The notes under the pieces were generated by a model. It was not told the origin of the DNA and searched no databases. It saw only the letters and a list, made by a program, of their open reading frames with translations. From IMG/VR virus record IMGVR_UViG_3300046517_002304, positions 447,234 through 511,233 of that record: DNA of 64,000 bases. The stretch is one strand, 5' to 3'. The first letter of the stretch is position 1. Each line of letters opens with the position of its first letter. The position numbers and the translations under genes are program-made. Shown here one piece after another: positions 20,494 to 30,396 of the stretch.

Positions 20494-21551
20494 GCTCCAA
20501 TAGTAAATTCAGTAACACTTTCTCTGAATATATCTATTGTTTTGCACGATAAGTTATTATTCTGCGTTAAGAAATCCTTGTAATTATCATTTATCTCATC
20601 TGGCAAGCATAATTTAACCCTTACGATGAATTGGCCTGCATTACAATCACATATCACAAACTCTTTTCCATGCGAAGTAAAAGCAGGAATAGCCAAATTA
20701 TGTAATTTTCCGTTAATATGAGGAACGTCTATGCTGCCGCCCAACACAGCCAAATGATATGAAATCGGCAAATCGCAAATAACATTTTGTTCTTCTCTAT
20801 AAAAAAGCGGATGATTGGCAACATTAATAGTACAATATATGTCTCCATACTGACCATACGACCAACAGTTGCCAGCTCCAGCTAAGACAAACTGAGAATG
20901 ATTATTGGTTCCAGCCGGTATTTTAACCTGGAAAGTTTCAGTATTAGATTTCAGGCAACTTCCCGAACATGACTGACATTTCTCTTTAATTGTTCTTCTC
21001 GCGCCGCCACAAGCCGCGCAGGATGTAGATACTACAAACGGGCCTTGCCTGGTAGTAGACGAACCAGTGCCATTACAAACAATACATGTATTAAATGAAT
21101 TTCCTAAATGGGAACCATTCCCCTTACAATCTTGACAAGCATTATGTCTGTTGACTATGATATGCTTATCACAACCAAAAGTAGCTTCCAAAAAACTAAT
21201 TTCCATATCATATGCGATATGGGGATCTACATTATAAGTTTGTTGGCGATGATTATGGTTAAAGAATCCATTAAAGAATCCTCCAGCCATATCTGCGCCG
21301 AATGGATTACCGTATCCAGAAACACCATCTCTCTTATCCACGCGGCCATACATATCAAACTGACGCTTAGATTCAGCATCGCCTAATATGTCATATGCTT
21401 CACTCACATCCTTGAAATTATCGGAAGCACCGGTATCCTTATTGGAGTCGGGATGATATTTTTTAGCAAGCTTTTTATAAGCTTTTTTTATTTCGTCTGC
21501 CGATGCGTTCGGATCAACATCTAATACTTCATAAGGATTTAAATTAGGCAT
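20490..21551 (-). CDS. dnaJ: DnaJ chaperone
   Basis: J domain with HPD, G/F region, four CxxCxGx zinc repeats, C-terminal domain. Confidence 0.95.
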   Translation of the reverse strand: MPNLNPYEVLDVDPNASADEIKKAYKKLAKKYHPDSNKDTGASDNFKDVSEAYDILGDAESKRQFDMYGRVDKRDGVSGYGNPFGADMAGGFFNGFFNHNHRQQTYNVDPHIAYDMEISFLEATFGCDKHIIVNRHNACQDCKGNGSHLGNSFNTCIVCNGTGSSTTRQGPFVVSTSCAACGGARRTIKEKCQSCSGSCLKSNTETFQVKIPAGTNNHSQFVLAGAGNCWSYGQYGDIYCTINVANHPLFYREEQNVICDLPISYHLAVLGGSIDVPHINGKLHNLAIPAFTSHGKEFVICDCNAGQFIVRVKLCLPDEINDNYKDFLTQNNNLSCKTIDIFRESVTEFTIGA

Positions 21552-21572
21552 ACAATATAATAGCGAAAGCTA

Positions 21573-21875
21573 TTACTTCTTATCAAACGATATACCAACA
21601 AGATTGCCGTCATCTACGAAATCAATCGTAGTTCCCTTGACCTTTTCTTTGGACTCTTGGTCGCATATAAACTTTAATCCACCGTGCTCACAAACTAAAT
21701 CACCAGAATCCTTTTCCGATGTAATTTGAAACGTATACTGAAAATCATCATCGTCAGAAATAACGCCTATTCTAACAAAAATATCAGCCCCACCCTTTTT
21801 GGCATCTGCCCAAATTGGCGAAGAGTCAATAGCCTTTTTAATTTCCGTAGACGCCTTATCTGTAATCGTTAGCAT
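21573..21875 (-). CDS. HesB/IscA-like protein lacking canonical Cys motifs
   Basis: MLTITDKA...VRIGV...YTF...GTTIDFV scaffold; GGCSG replaced by DDDDF and no C-terminal CGCG. Confidence 0.7.
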   Translation of the reverse strand: MLTITDKASTEIKKAIDSSPIWADAKKGGADIFVRIGVISDDDDFQYTFQITSEKDSGDLVCEHGGLKFICDQESKEKVKGTTIDFVDDGNLVGISFDKK

Positions 21876-21900
21876 GTTTTTTTCCTTACCTTAATTAATT

Positions 21901-23115
21901 TCAGCACCAGTAGCACAAGAAGAAGCACTCACCGTTTCGTTCACCGAGAACGACAGGAGTTATAAATTCTGATTTAGTCAAATGCTGGTCAAGTGCAACA
22001 GAGGCAGGGTTAATTTCACTCTTTTCCTTGCTCTGGTGCCAATTTACCGCTACTTCTTTTCCGTCAATCATCAAGAGCCATTTTTCAGATTTTTTATCAT
22101 GACAAAACTCACGAGCATCAAGATGAAAGCTCGGACAAACAACCCAGTAATGATCAAAAATTGCTTTGCCGCCGGTCGCCGGGTAATGCTCAACTAACTT
22201 AAGAAGCTTCTCAACGCGAGGAGGCATAGGGGCATCAAAGGAATAAAGAGGATACTTATTAGGCTGATACTTTAAATTAGGTAAACCATAAGTATCAGCA
22301 ATTTTCCAGAAAGCCAATTTGGCAGGAACCAAATCTCTAGAAACCTGTATGCAACGAGCGCCACTTTCCCATCTGAGGCCCATAGATTTAGCTAAGATCA
22401 TTGCCGCGTCTACCATTTTTAATCTTACGAACCCATAATATTGTTCGGATACTCTTTTCTTTGTGTAATCCATTTTAGTAGAAATCGCTCTACTAAAGGC
22501 TGCTGCCTGCACATCATCAAATGCACTAAGCATTTTCTCTTGCGCGGCCAGTTCATCTACGTAATCATATCCACAATAATATGATTTAAAGGAATCAGGA
22601 TGTACAGAGCATGGAGTCGCTTCCAAAACTCCGGCAAACGGAATACTATTTGGCTTTTTGATCTGCCTGGCTTTAATCCGCTCTTTATCGCTCTTTAAAA
22701 TTCTAACTGGGGGACGAGAAATTTCGTGACAAAAGTTCTTAGAAACTTCTTTAAACTTAGTAAACTGACTACGAATTAATTCTGATAATTCAGCGGTATT
22801 GTGGTCCCTAATATAAGCCGCAGATCCAATGGCTTCGCAAATCAAGGAAAACTTCTTGCGAGTTATGCCATGCTGACTAATAAAAGTAGCTAAATGTGGG
22901 TGGTCAACATCCACTCTCTGACAGAATGAATTGATGCTTCTGCCAAACTTGCCCAAAACCAACTGGCAATCTTCTTCCTCTTGCCTAGCAATCCACTCCA
23001 TCTTGCCGCTAATTTCGCGGTCTATAACGGTAGTGTCGCCATGTTTATTCTTAGCAATCTTGCCAGCGTCGGCTAAAATTGCTTCCTGAAATTCATCAAC
23101 TTCTCTAACCGCCAT
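21901..23115 (-). CDS. Hypothetical protein
   Basis: 404-aa ORF. Confidence 0.65.
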   Translation of the reverse strand: MAVREVDEFQEAILADAGKIAKNKHGDTTVIDREISGKMEWIARQEEEDCQLVLGKFGRSINSFCQRVDVDHPHLATFISQHGITRKKFSLICEAIGSAAYIRDHNTAELSELIRSQFTKFKEVSKNFCHEISRPPVRILKSDKERIKARQIKKPNSIPFAGVLEATPCSVHPDSFKSYYCGYDYVDELAAQEKMLSAFDDVQAAAFSRAISTKMDYTKKRVSEQYYGFVRLKMVDAAMILAKSMGLRWESGARCIQVSRDLVPAKLAFWKIADTYGLPNLKYQPNKYPLYSFDAPMPPRVEKLLKLVEHYPATGGKAIFDHYWVVCPSFHLDAREFCHDKKSEKWLLMIDGKEVAVNWHQSKEKSEINPASVALDQHLTKSEFITPVVLGERNGECFFLCYWC

Positions 23116-23749
23116 TAGGCACCTTATTTTCGCTTGTTAAGGATTTAGGTGAGGGAGTAATCGCCTTCTTAGGCGAAAGTTTCGCTATAATAGAACGTTC
23201 ACTAAACGCAGGCTTACTCGTAACTTCAGATACATCAGAAACGGCAGCTATTACAGAATTAATAATTTCAAACCACCTGTCTTTATGTGGTTGTATTTTT
23301 CTCTTCTTGGCTCTGACCTTCAACTGAACATGAAAGCCTTTGGCAAGAAATTCTCTTAGTTTATTAATCTGAACATCTAAGTCATGTTGTTCAATATTAG
23401 GCGAAAACAATAACTCTTTTTCCGAAACAGAAACTTGACTTTTCCGTTTCTGCTTTTCCTTAAGACACTGTTCGTATTTAAACTTTCCATAATCTGCAAC
23501 AATGCATATTGATACATTATCCTGTTTCGTAATTTCAATTAAGTCCAATCCGAAACCTTTTGCATATGTCAAAGCATCTTGCTTTGACATAACGCCTATC
23601 TGCTCCCCGTCTTTAACAACACGGATCTTAAATGCGTAAATAGAATGGTTAATGTTGTTAGTCGCGTTTTTTGCAGAAAAATCTGAATTTCTCAAAGATT
23701 GTTCCTTAGAAGTACCCTTCTCGCTCAAGTTCCACGAACCTGAATTCAC
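23105..23749 (-). CDS. infC: Translation initiation factor IF-3
   Basis: IN..I...IRVV.DGEQIGVM, A...GLDLIEI, DYGKFKYE, KE..FSPNIEQHDLDV. True start is probably TTG at 23695. Confidence 0.92.
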   Translation of the reverse strand: MNSGSWNLSEKGTSKEQSLRNSDFSAKNATNNINHSIYAFKIRVVKDGEQIGVMSKQDALTYAKGFGLDLIEITKQDNVSICIVADYGKFKYEQCLKEKQKRKSQVSVSEKELLFSPNIEQHDLDVQINKLREFLAKGFHVQLKVRAKKRKIQPHKDRWFEIINSVIAAVSDVSEVTSKPAFSERSIIAKLSPKKAITPSPKSLTSENKVPNGG

Positions 23750-23993
23750 CAGAATTCATCATATCAGTAGCGATGGAAAGAGTCAATGCGGATTCTACGT
23801 AAATTTCAAAAATACCAGGCTGAAAAAAACTTCTAATAGTACAATTTGGAGCAAACGATTTTACTAAGTACGATCCATAATCTTGCTCCACTCCAAGCTT
23901 TGTGCAGACATAAAGCTTCCCTGGTCTAAACTTAACCTCGCGACCGTTCCAAGTAGTCGTTTCACTTTTTCTGAAAAAACCATCACTCTTCAT
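23706..23993 (-). CDS. Hypothetical protein
   Basis: 95-aa ORF in the operon. Confidence 0.6.
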   Translation of the reverse strand: MKSDGFFRKSETTTWNGREVKFRPGKLYVCTKLGVEQDYGSYLVKSFAPNCTIRSFFQPGIFEIYVESALTLSIATDMMNSGEFRFVELEREGYF

Positions 23994-24008
23994 AAAGACC
24001 TAACTTTC

Positions 24009-25631
24009 TTAAATAATTTTTTGCAACTTAGATGTCATACGCTCTAGTGTAGCAGAACGATCTTTTTTGTCAAGAACAACATTGATAATATACAAATCTT
24101 TACTCAATAAAGCTTCAGAGAAGGCAGAGTCTAATTCTGTTTCGGTGTTAACAAGCCGCCCGACACCACGACCAATAATCTGAGGCAACAAGTGGTACTG
24201 CCAATTAGGAATATCGTTAAAACTACCGTCAATCAAAAATCGCTCTACCGTATAGCCGCCGTTATTCAGCACAACAATAATAGGATTTAGCTTATTGCTA
24301 GCTATCGTTGATATTTCCATTCCAGTCATCTGAAATGCTCCATCGCCAACCAATACAATCGGTCTAACATCCGGTTTAGCAATCTGAACACCCAGGGCAG
24401 CAGGAATAGAGAATCCCATGGATGTATAAAATGCCTGTGATAAAAAGTTGTTACTGTGATGAACAACTAGCTCATTAGAGCCGAATAAGCTGTCGCCTAT
24501 GTCTGCAATTATTGCCATATTCTTGTCTAAAACAGCATTAATTTTTTCAAATAATCTCTTGACCGTAATTTTCTCATTCTTAGGAGAAAAAACTGCTCTT
24601 GTCTTCATTTCGCCAACAATCGGAATTCGATCAGAAGAAATATTAGACTTAATTAACCCATTAACAAAATCTTGGAAAAGAACATTTTCATAGTAATGAT
24701 TTCGCACTCCCATTTTTTCAGTAGTGCAAAATATCGTTCTATCTTTACGAAGAACAGATGGCTTAAATCCAAAGTTAATGTCAGTAATCATCACGCCCAA
24801 CATAATTAAGCAATCTGATTCCTCAACCTTTTGCTTAACTTCTGGGCTACTAGCATCCCCACAATAAACACCTATAGATATCGGATGATTTTCATTTGTC
24901 AAACTCTTACTCAACATAGTTGTAGCAATGGGAATATTATACTTTCTAGCAAACTTGGTAATGACTTCGCCCATACCAAATCTAGCTAATTCAATGCCCG
25001 CCAAAATTACAGGGTTTTTACTTGAGTTGATCCAATTAATAGATTCCTGCAAAGCTTCCGCTAAATTTATCTTATCACTCTCTGTAGCTTTAGGAGAGCC
25101 GACCGTAAATGCATCATAGCTAATAGTTGTGTCCACCATATCTCTGGGGACTTCAATATAAACAGGTTGCTTATGCTGCTTCATGGCCAGAAGCACCCGA
25201 TCAATTTCATAAGCCGCCATTACCGGATTATCTAATACACAAGAAGCGCAGGTCACATGTTTAAAAATCTCAAACTGAGTATCATAAGAACCAACAGCAT
25301 GATGCAGCGTCATTCCGCCGGCTCTCTCCTTTTTCCCGGGAGAACCGCTAATAACAACAACCGGAGATTTTTCTGCGAAAGCGCCCCCGATAGAATTTAA
25401 TAGTTTAAACCCACCGACGCAATAAGTGGTGCATACACAGCCAATACCGTTAACTCTGGCATATGCGTCAGCGGCGAACCCAGCGCACTGTTCGTCAGTA
25501 GTGCCGATTACAGGAAGAGATTTAGAAAACTGATTATACAAATTAAGAACGAAATCGCCAGGAACTCCAAAAATATGCTTTACACCACACTCTTTAAGAC
25601 GAGAAATCAAAAATTGTGCAACTGTTGGCAT
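24009..25631 (-). CDS. TPP-dependent alpha-keto acid decarboxylase (indolepyruvate/pyruvate decarboxylase family)
   Basis: IFGVPGDF, E..AGFAADAYAR, LHH, GDGAFQMTGME...NNGGY TPP motif. Confidence 0.93.
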   Translation of the reverse strand: MPTVAQFLISRLKECGVKHIFGVPGDFVLNLYNQFSKSLPVIGTTDEQCAGFAADAYARVNGIGCVCTTYCVGGFKLLNSIGGAFAEKSPVVVISGSPGKKERAGGMTLHHAVGSYDTQFEIFKHVTCASCVLDNPVMAAYEIDRVLLAMKQHKQPVYIEVPRDMVDTTISYDAFTVGSPKATESDKINLAEALQESINWINSSKNPVILAGIELARFGMGEVITKFARKYNIPIATTMLSKSLTNENHPISIGVYCGDASSPEVKQKVEESDCLIMLGVMITDINFGFKPSVLRKDRTIFCTTEKMGVRNHYYENVLFQDFVNGLIKSNISSDRIPIVGEMKTRAVFSPKNEKITVKRLFEKINAVLDKNMAIIADIGDSLFGSNELVVHHSNNFLSQAFYTSMGFSIPAALGVQIAKPDVRPIVLVGDGAFQMTGMEISTIASNKLNPIIVVLNNGGYTVERFLIDGSFNDIPNWQYHLLPQIIGRGVGRLVNTETELDSAFSEALLSKDLYIINVVLDKKDRSATLERMTSKLQKII

Positions 25632-25642
25632 TATACTCTCTC

Positions 25643-26443
25643 CTATGTAAGAGATTCCGATGTTGGTGATTGTTGAACCTTGATGACAAAACTGCCATCT
25701 GTAGGAAACCTACGAACCCATTCCACGCCTTCGCCAATAAAACATCCATATTCACTAGGAGTAAAACTAGTAAAGCTTGGTGTTGAAATTGATAATGAAT
25801 TTACCATACTCATAGATGTCGTCATCTTTAATAACTTAAACTCAAAATTAAAACACCCAGGAACACAAGTATCATTAGAGAGCCATTCATAAACAAGTTG
25901 GCTTTTAGTTAAAACATTAGTAGAAACTGTTCCATCAACCTGAAGCTGATCTTCGTAAGTTAACTCCGTCTGAGCAACAGAATTCAAAACCCTAAATATT
26001 TTTAAACAAGTGCCCTTTTTATAATCGCCAACTGGTGTACCATTATACCCTCTAAGAACTTGCACCAACTTAAGATTTTCGTCAAACCCAGTAATTAGCA
26101 TCTGCTCTGGATTACGAACTCTACTCACAACTATAATATCGCCAACCAACGCCTGCTGAAAACCAATACCGTCTGCTAAAGCAAAATAAGTGTCTGTAGA
26201 CGTAATAGCTGATTTAAGCTTCGCATTCGCCCACATACTCGCTTCTAATACAAGTCCAGTTAAATCTATCGGACCATTACAATCTGAAATAGCAACTTTA
26301 AACGGAGGCTTGGTGTCATGCTGTTTGATCTGGAAATCTGGGCAACTTCCATCACAATTAAACTCATCGGGACACCCGCCATTACAATTAGTTGAACTAG
26401 CAAAACTGTTTAAATTACTTGAATTACTTTGAGAGCATGTCAT
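25643..26443 (-). CDS. BppU-like (baseplate upper/adaptor) virion protein
   Basis: IKQHDTKP...DCNGPIDLTG and YEW...DT..PG.F.FEF bracket a BppU-type Ig fold with an insertion; late-type motif upstream. Confidence 0.5.
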   Translation of the reverse strand: MTCSQSNSSNLNSFASSTNCNGGCPDEFNCDGSCPDFQIKQHDTKPPFKVAISDCNGPIDLTGLVLEASMWANAKLKSAITSTDTYFALADGIGFQQALVGDIIVVSRVRNPEQMLITGFDENLKLVQVLRGYNGTPVGDYKKGTCLKIFRVLNSVAQTELTYEDQLQVDGTVSTNVLTKSQLVYEWLSNDTCVPGCFNFEFKLLKMTTSMSMVNSLSISTPSFTSFTPSEYGCFIGEGVEWVRRFPTDGSFVIKVQQSPTSESLT

Positions 26444-26466
26444 ACCATTATATATCTTGCACTAAA

Positions 26467-27012
26467 TCAAGAAAATAATTCTGGCACTTGCAACTCCATA
26501 ATCCCTATCTTATCTTTAACCCAATGAAGGTTGCCGCCATATCTCTCTATTTTAACGCTATGATAAGATTTGCTTAAAAACTCAAAAGTTTTTTTATAGT
26601 CTTTAGGCAGACCATAAGGCTTTTTAGGTGCATATACAATCCGCCGAATGCCACGATCAAGTATGTTTACCACCGAGTCAGGATGAGGAATAGTAGTAAT
26701 ATACAAACTAAACGCAAAAAAATTAGTTTCCTTATCAGAAAGCGCTCTTAAAACCTTGATTTCAGCAGGAACGATAAAATCATAAATTTTTGGATTGTCC
26801 CAAGACAATTTAAACGGATTGGCAGCATAAGTTGGGACATCACCTATCGGATAGGTGAAAGCCATAGCTCTTATTTCTTCCTTATCCGCTAAAACAGCTC
26901 CAGACTGGCAATAAGGATCTACCGATGCCCATGACGCAATTACAGCGTGCATCATCATCCGATGATCTAATGCGACAATATCCCTGGCATTCTTTTCCTG
27001 AAACTGAAACAT
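26467..27012 (-). CDS. dCMP deaminase-like protein, zinc ligands altered
   Basis: S.DP..Q.GAVL, PAE (for HAE), LYITTIPHPDS (for PCxxC), GIRRIVY. Confidence 0.7.
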   Translation of the reverse strand: MFQFQEKNARDIVALDHRMMMHAVIASWASVDPYCQSGAVLADKEEIRAMAFTYPIGDVPTYAANPFKLSWDNPKIYDFIVPAEIKVLRALSDKETNFFAFSLYITTIPHPDSVVNILDRGIRRIVYAPKKPYGLPKDYKKTFEFLSKSYHSVKIERYGGNLHWVKDKIGIMELQVPELFS

Positions 27013-28178
27013 TATTCCGTCTTCAGCAGGTAAGACTTAGTTTCTTCCGTAAGCTCTTTAAGCCACTTAACATAGGGCGTTCCACCAGTACCGGTAGGAT
27101 TATCACACTTTTTCTGGATATAGTCAACAGCATACCCAAAGTGAATTTCCCGAAATCGGCATAACTGAAGAATGATGTTATTATAAGTAGCTCTTACATA
27201 CTTGTCAAGTTTATTATTAATAATTCCATCTCTGATATTAACCGATGATCCTTCAAGGTGCGAAACAAACCCACGGTGATTCCTGGGCATATACTTTCTC
27301 ATATCATCAAGATGATGAGTCAAAATAGACTGCTGATGCTTAACTCCGAAAGCTGCCAATACAGCAGGAACAATAGAACTTTGAGCACCCGTTTCGCCTC
27401 TAAAAGACTGCTCTTTTGCACCACTAAAGAACGAACAGCTCGGAACATTTTCATACACTACATTTTCAAAACCAAAAATATAAGGTCTAACCTTACGGAA
27501 ATAAACATCTGGGCTACACTTTTCTGGCATCCTTTCTAAAACCGTATTAATCCCTTTAAAAGAACTGCATATAACCTCTAGATTCTCGGCAAAGAAATCA
27601 TCATTTGGCGCTTTACCGCTATCAAGAAACTCCGTTAAATTATAAATGCTTTTCAGCAATCTCCCTGCCCTAGCTTCAATTTCAACATGAACTAGAATAA
27701 ACCAATCTTCATCATAAATATTATTAAATTTTTGAATTAACTGAATATTACCAAGCGATATATCAGAATTCTTATCGATTCTCTTCCAGTTGTTCAATGC
27801 ATAATCAGCATACGACAAAATCGGCGGTCTACCAACAATCTCTGACAAAGCACAAAGAGGACGAGCAATCGCACTAGGGATATGCTTAACAACTCCAGCT
27901 TGGCCGTGCACATAAGCAGATGCAAAATAAGCATAAATCATCCTAAGTCGGTTTAAAACACCGCGCTCTTTATGCTCTTTAAGAGCCGAATAAGAGATAT
28001 CGTATATCGGCAAGGTGTCTAGGGTAATTCTTACCTTACTGGACTGAACATGAGAAGGTAATTCATAGGCCACCTTATCCAAATAACTAAACCCAGAACC
28101 ACTGGGCAATCGCTCAATCGGGTCTGGGCTAGCAAGAAATCCTCTGTCTTCATGAACGGTGGGATAAAATTCAGTCAT
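27012..28178 (-). CDS. Indoleamine 2,3-dioxygenase family heme enzyme
   Basis: RPPILSYADY.L.NW, DEDWFILVHVEIE, FRGETGAQSS, MRKYMP..HR, FR..H...A..YI, GTGGT. Confidence 0.92.
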   Translation of the reverse strand: MTEFYPTVHEDRGFLASPDPIERLPSGSGFSYLDKVAYELPSHVQSSKVRITLDTLPIYDISYSALKEHKERGVLNRLRMIYAYFASAYVHGQAGVVKHIPSAIARPLCALSEIVGRPPILSYADYALNNWKRIDKNSDISLGNIQLIQKFNNIYDEDWFILVHVEIEARAGRLLKSIYNLTEFLDSGKAPNDDFFAENLEVICSSFKGINTVLERMPEKCSPDVYFRKVRPYIFGFENVVYENVPSCSFFSGAKEQSFRGETGAQSSIVPAVLAAFGVKHQQSILTHHLDDMRKYMPRNHRGFVSHLEGSSVNIRDGIINNKLDKYVRATYNNIILQLCRFREIHFGYAVDYIQKKCDNPTGTGGTPYVKWLKELTEETKSYLLKTE

Positions 28179-28567
28179 TGTGATTTAGACCTTAAAAAAG
28201 AAGGCGGGGAATTTGCGAGTGAAACTATACCGTCCATAGCAATATACTTTATTTTTTTTCTTTTGCCGATATACCGAGAAATAGGCCACAAATTGTCAAA
28301 TTCTACCCAATAATAGCTATCATCGGCATACTTCAACAACTTTACAGCGCCGGAATCACCCTGATAAAAATCTGGGGCTAAAATCGCCATCTTATTAAAA
28401 AATACTTTATAACAAGACCCTTTGCACCAACTATAAACAAAAGCACCAAAATTCTCAGCATTAACGCCGTCAATAATTTCTTGCGACCAAAACCCTATAT
28501 TATGCTTATGAAAAACCTGAAACGGGCGCATCGGGAGTGCTACTGGCATTTTACTTTCTCTGACCAA
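28175..28567 (-). CDS. Hypothetical protein
   Basis: ORF coupled to the IDO gene (ATGA). Confidence 0.55.
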   Translation of the reverse strand: MVRESKMPVALPMRPFQVFHKHNIGFWSQEIIDGVNAENFGAFVYSWCKGSCYKVFFNKMAILAPDFYQGDSGAVKLLKYADDSYYWVEFDNLWPISRYIGKRKKIKYIAMDGIVSLANSPPSFLRSKSQ

Positions 28568-29127
28568 GCATAGTGGGTGCCCTTTTTACAAATAAGATTG
28601 ATGCTGTTCGGGTTCTTATTAGAAATAAACCAACTACATTCTTCAAGACTACAATTTCGGTGCTTTCCTGTTGATACTTGAATTTTTTCTTTTATCCTAC
28701 TAACCTGTTCTGGATATTTCTCCAACGCATCGCAATAATCAATACGCTTGTCAAAAGCGAACAACTTTTGTTCACTGAATAATCTAATTTTGGCTGAATG
28801 TAAATCGCTAAGAACTTCAAAGTCACAATTCAATTTAGCACTCTTCATAATTCTATCTAAATACTCAATTTTGTCAATAGCTTTATAGAAAAACGTGGCG
28901 TACGTTGTTTCACCAGTAAAATCTCTAAAACAAGTCAGCAATTCGTACTTTTGATTTTTATAATCACTGTAAAATGGCTGCAATAGGCATAAAAAAACCA
29001 AAATGCGCGATTCTTTCTCGCCTAAATAAATCTCCATCCACTTTTTATCTTCGGGCAGGAAGTCATAATGAAGTGAGTTTTTGGAGTAAATTCTTAAAAA
29101 TACTAAGTCTTTTTCACTAACACGCAT
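28540..29127 (-). CDS. Hypothetical protein
   Basis: 195-aa ORF. Confidence 0.55.
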   Translation of the reverse strand: MRVSEKDLVFLRIYSKNSLHYDFLPEDKKWMEIYLGEKESRILVFLCLLQPFYSDYKNQKYELLTCFRDFTGETTYATFFYKAIDKIEYLDRIMKSAKLNCDFEVLSDLHSAKIRLFSEQKLFAFDKRIDYCDALEKYPEQVSRIKEKIQVSTGKHRNCSLEECSWFISNKNPNSINLICKKGTHYAWSEKVKCQ

Positions 29128-29653
29128 CGGCCAGTTCTGGTGTTTTCTTTGTTTCTTTAACCTTAACCATTAATGCAGTCCAATCTAACGGAATTCCAAC
29201 AACAACATCCAAATAAATCAAAAGTATTCCGCCGATTCTATTTTGAGGAATCCGCTTTGCCTCACATTCCAGCATCAATTTACGAAGGAGTACCATATCA
29301 TAGTATTTCCCATCACTAAAAAGCTCTCCACACAGCCTAAAATCAGGATTTTTATCAGCCATCAACTTAATGGCCTCATAAAACAAATCCACGGCCGTCA
29401 CAAACTCAATCTGTTCAATAATATCAATTTTTTCTTGGGAAATCAACGCTCGCTGCGGAATAGCTCCGCCGCAATGCCATTTACGCCCTTCAAAAAAGTG
29501 CAAAATACATTCCTTCGCATGTTCATCAATTTCCGCCATTAAGTCAATTACGTTTTGCTCAGCGTCTGTCCATTCATCATCAAAATCGTCATAATCGTCG
29601 TCGTTAAAAACAGGGCTTTCGGAAATCGGCATTTTGTTCTCCGTGATGTTCAA
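29117..29653 (-). CDS. Hypothetical protein with acidic N-terminus
   Basis: 178-aa ORF. Confidence 0.55.
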   Translation of the reverse strand: MNITENKMPISESPVFNDDDYDDFDDEWTDAEQNVIDLMAEIDEHAKECILHFFEGRKWHCGGAIPQRALISQEKIDIIEQIEFVTAVDLFYEAIKLMADKNPDFRLCGELFSDGKYYDMVLLRKLMLECEAKRIPQNRIGGILLIYLDVVVGIPLDWTALMVKVKETKKTPELADAC

Positions 29654-29713
29654 ATCGTTTACTTAACAATACTCCAAAAATTTCAAAAAGGAAGTAAAAT
29701 CCATAAATATTTT

Positions 29714-30184
29714 ATGAAATACCTACTTGCTGCATTTGTGTGTCTATTCGTTGCCGGTTGCAATGTGTCCCCATTTTCTCCTAATACCAAACAAGAGGTA
29801 CAAAATCAAGGGGGAAGTATCGATGAAATAAAAAACAATACCAATGGTATTATGTCAGAAATTGGAACGATGAAACAAAAATTGGATATTCACGCCAGTA
29901 AAATAGGCGAAATCCAAGAGGGGATTGCAAACCTAAAAGTAAAAATAGGAGGGAATGAAAATAACGGAACACAAATACTGTCCGGTGACGGTGCTCTTTT
30001 ATCCATATTTGCCATAGCAGTGATAGGAATGCTTCTTTTCTACTTCTACAAGGAAAAGAAAATCACTAAGATATTGGCTACAGAAATCAAAAACAGAAAC
30101 GATGTATCTTTACACGAAGGGGTGATTCGCGCAGCATCATACACAATGGTTGAAAAAGATGTTTATAATTTATTGTATAAGTAG
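29714..30184 (+). CDS. Lipoprotein with coiled coil and C-proximal transmembrane helix
   Basis: MKYLLAAFVCLFVAG-C lipobox from ATG 29714; TM segment GALLSIFAIAVIGMLLFYFY; TAAATA 4 nt upstream. Confidence 0.7.
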   Translation: MKYLLAAFVCLFVAGCNVSPFSPNTKQEVQNQGGSIDEIKNNTNGIMSEIGTMKQKLDIHASKIGEIQEGIANLKVKIGGNENNGTQILSGDGALLSIFAIAVIGMLLFYFYKEKKITKILATEIKNRNDVSLHEGVIRAASYTMVEKDVYNLLYK

Positions 30185-30274
30185 ACCATTTAACATAGGC
30201 GAAAATACGCCGGTAAGCCAAATTACAACAATCAACGAAATAAGAGCGAAAAACCAAATTTTATCTTTTTTCAT
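30170..30274 (-). CDS. 34-aa single-pass membrane peptide
   Basis: Hand-translated MKKDKIWFFALISLIVVIWLTGVFSPMLNGLLIQ; AGGAG RBS. Confidence 0.6.
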   Translation of the reverse strand: MKKDKIWFFALISLIVVIWLTGVFSPMLNGLLIQ

Positions 30275-30283
30275 AATCCACTC

Positions 30284-30385
30284 CTAGTTAATACGATATA
30301 AAATTAAAACACCCACAGCCAATGCTGTAAAAACCAAAACTGCTAAAAAAGCAGCCCCCTTCCAATCATCGTCTGGCGATTCCAT
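30284..30385 (-). CDS. 33-aa single-pass membrane peptide
   Basis: Hand-translated MESPDDDWKGAAFLAVLVFTALAVGVLILYRIN; AAGGAG RBS. Confidence 0.6.
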   Translation of the reverse strand: MESPDDDWKGAAFLAVLVFTALAVGVLILYRIN

Positions 30386-30396
30386 TATCAATCTCC

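Noticed and set aside
29555-29713. ORF-track N-terminal extension of the lipoprotein
   Set aside because: Overlaps a minus-strand gene; the signal peptide and promoter motif point to ATG 29714
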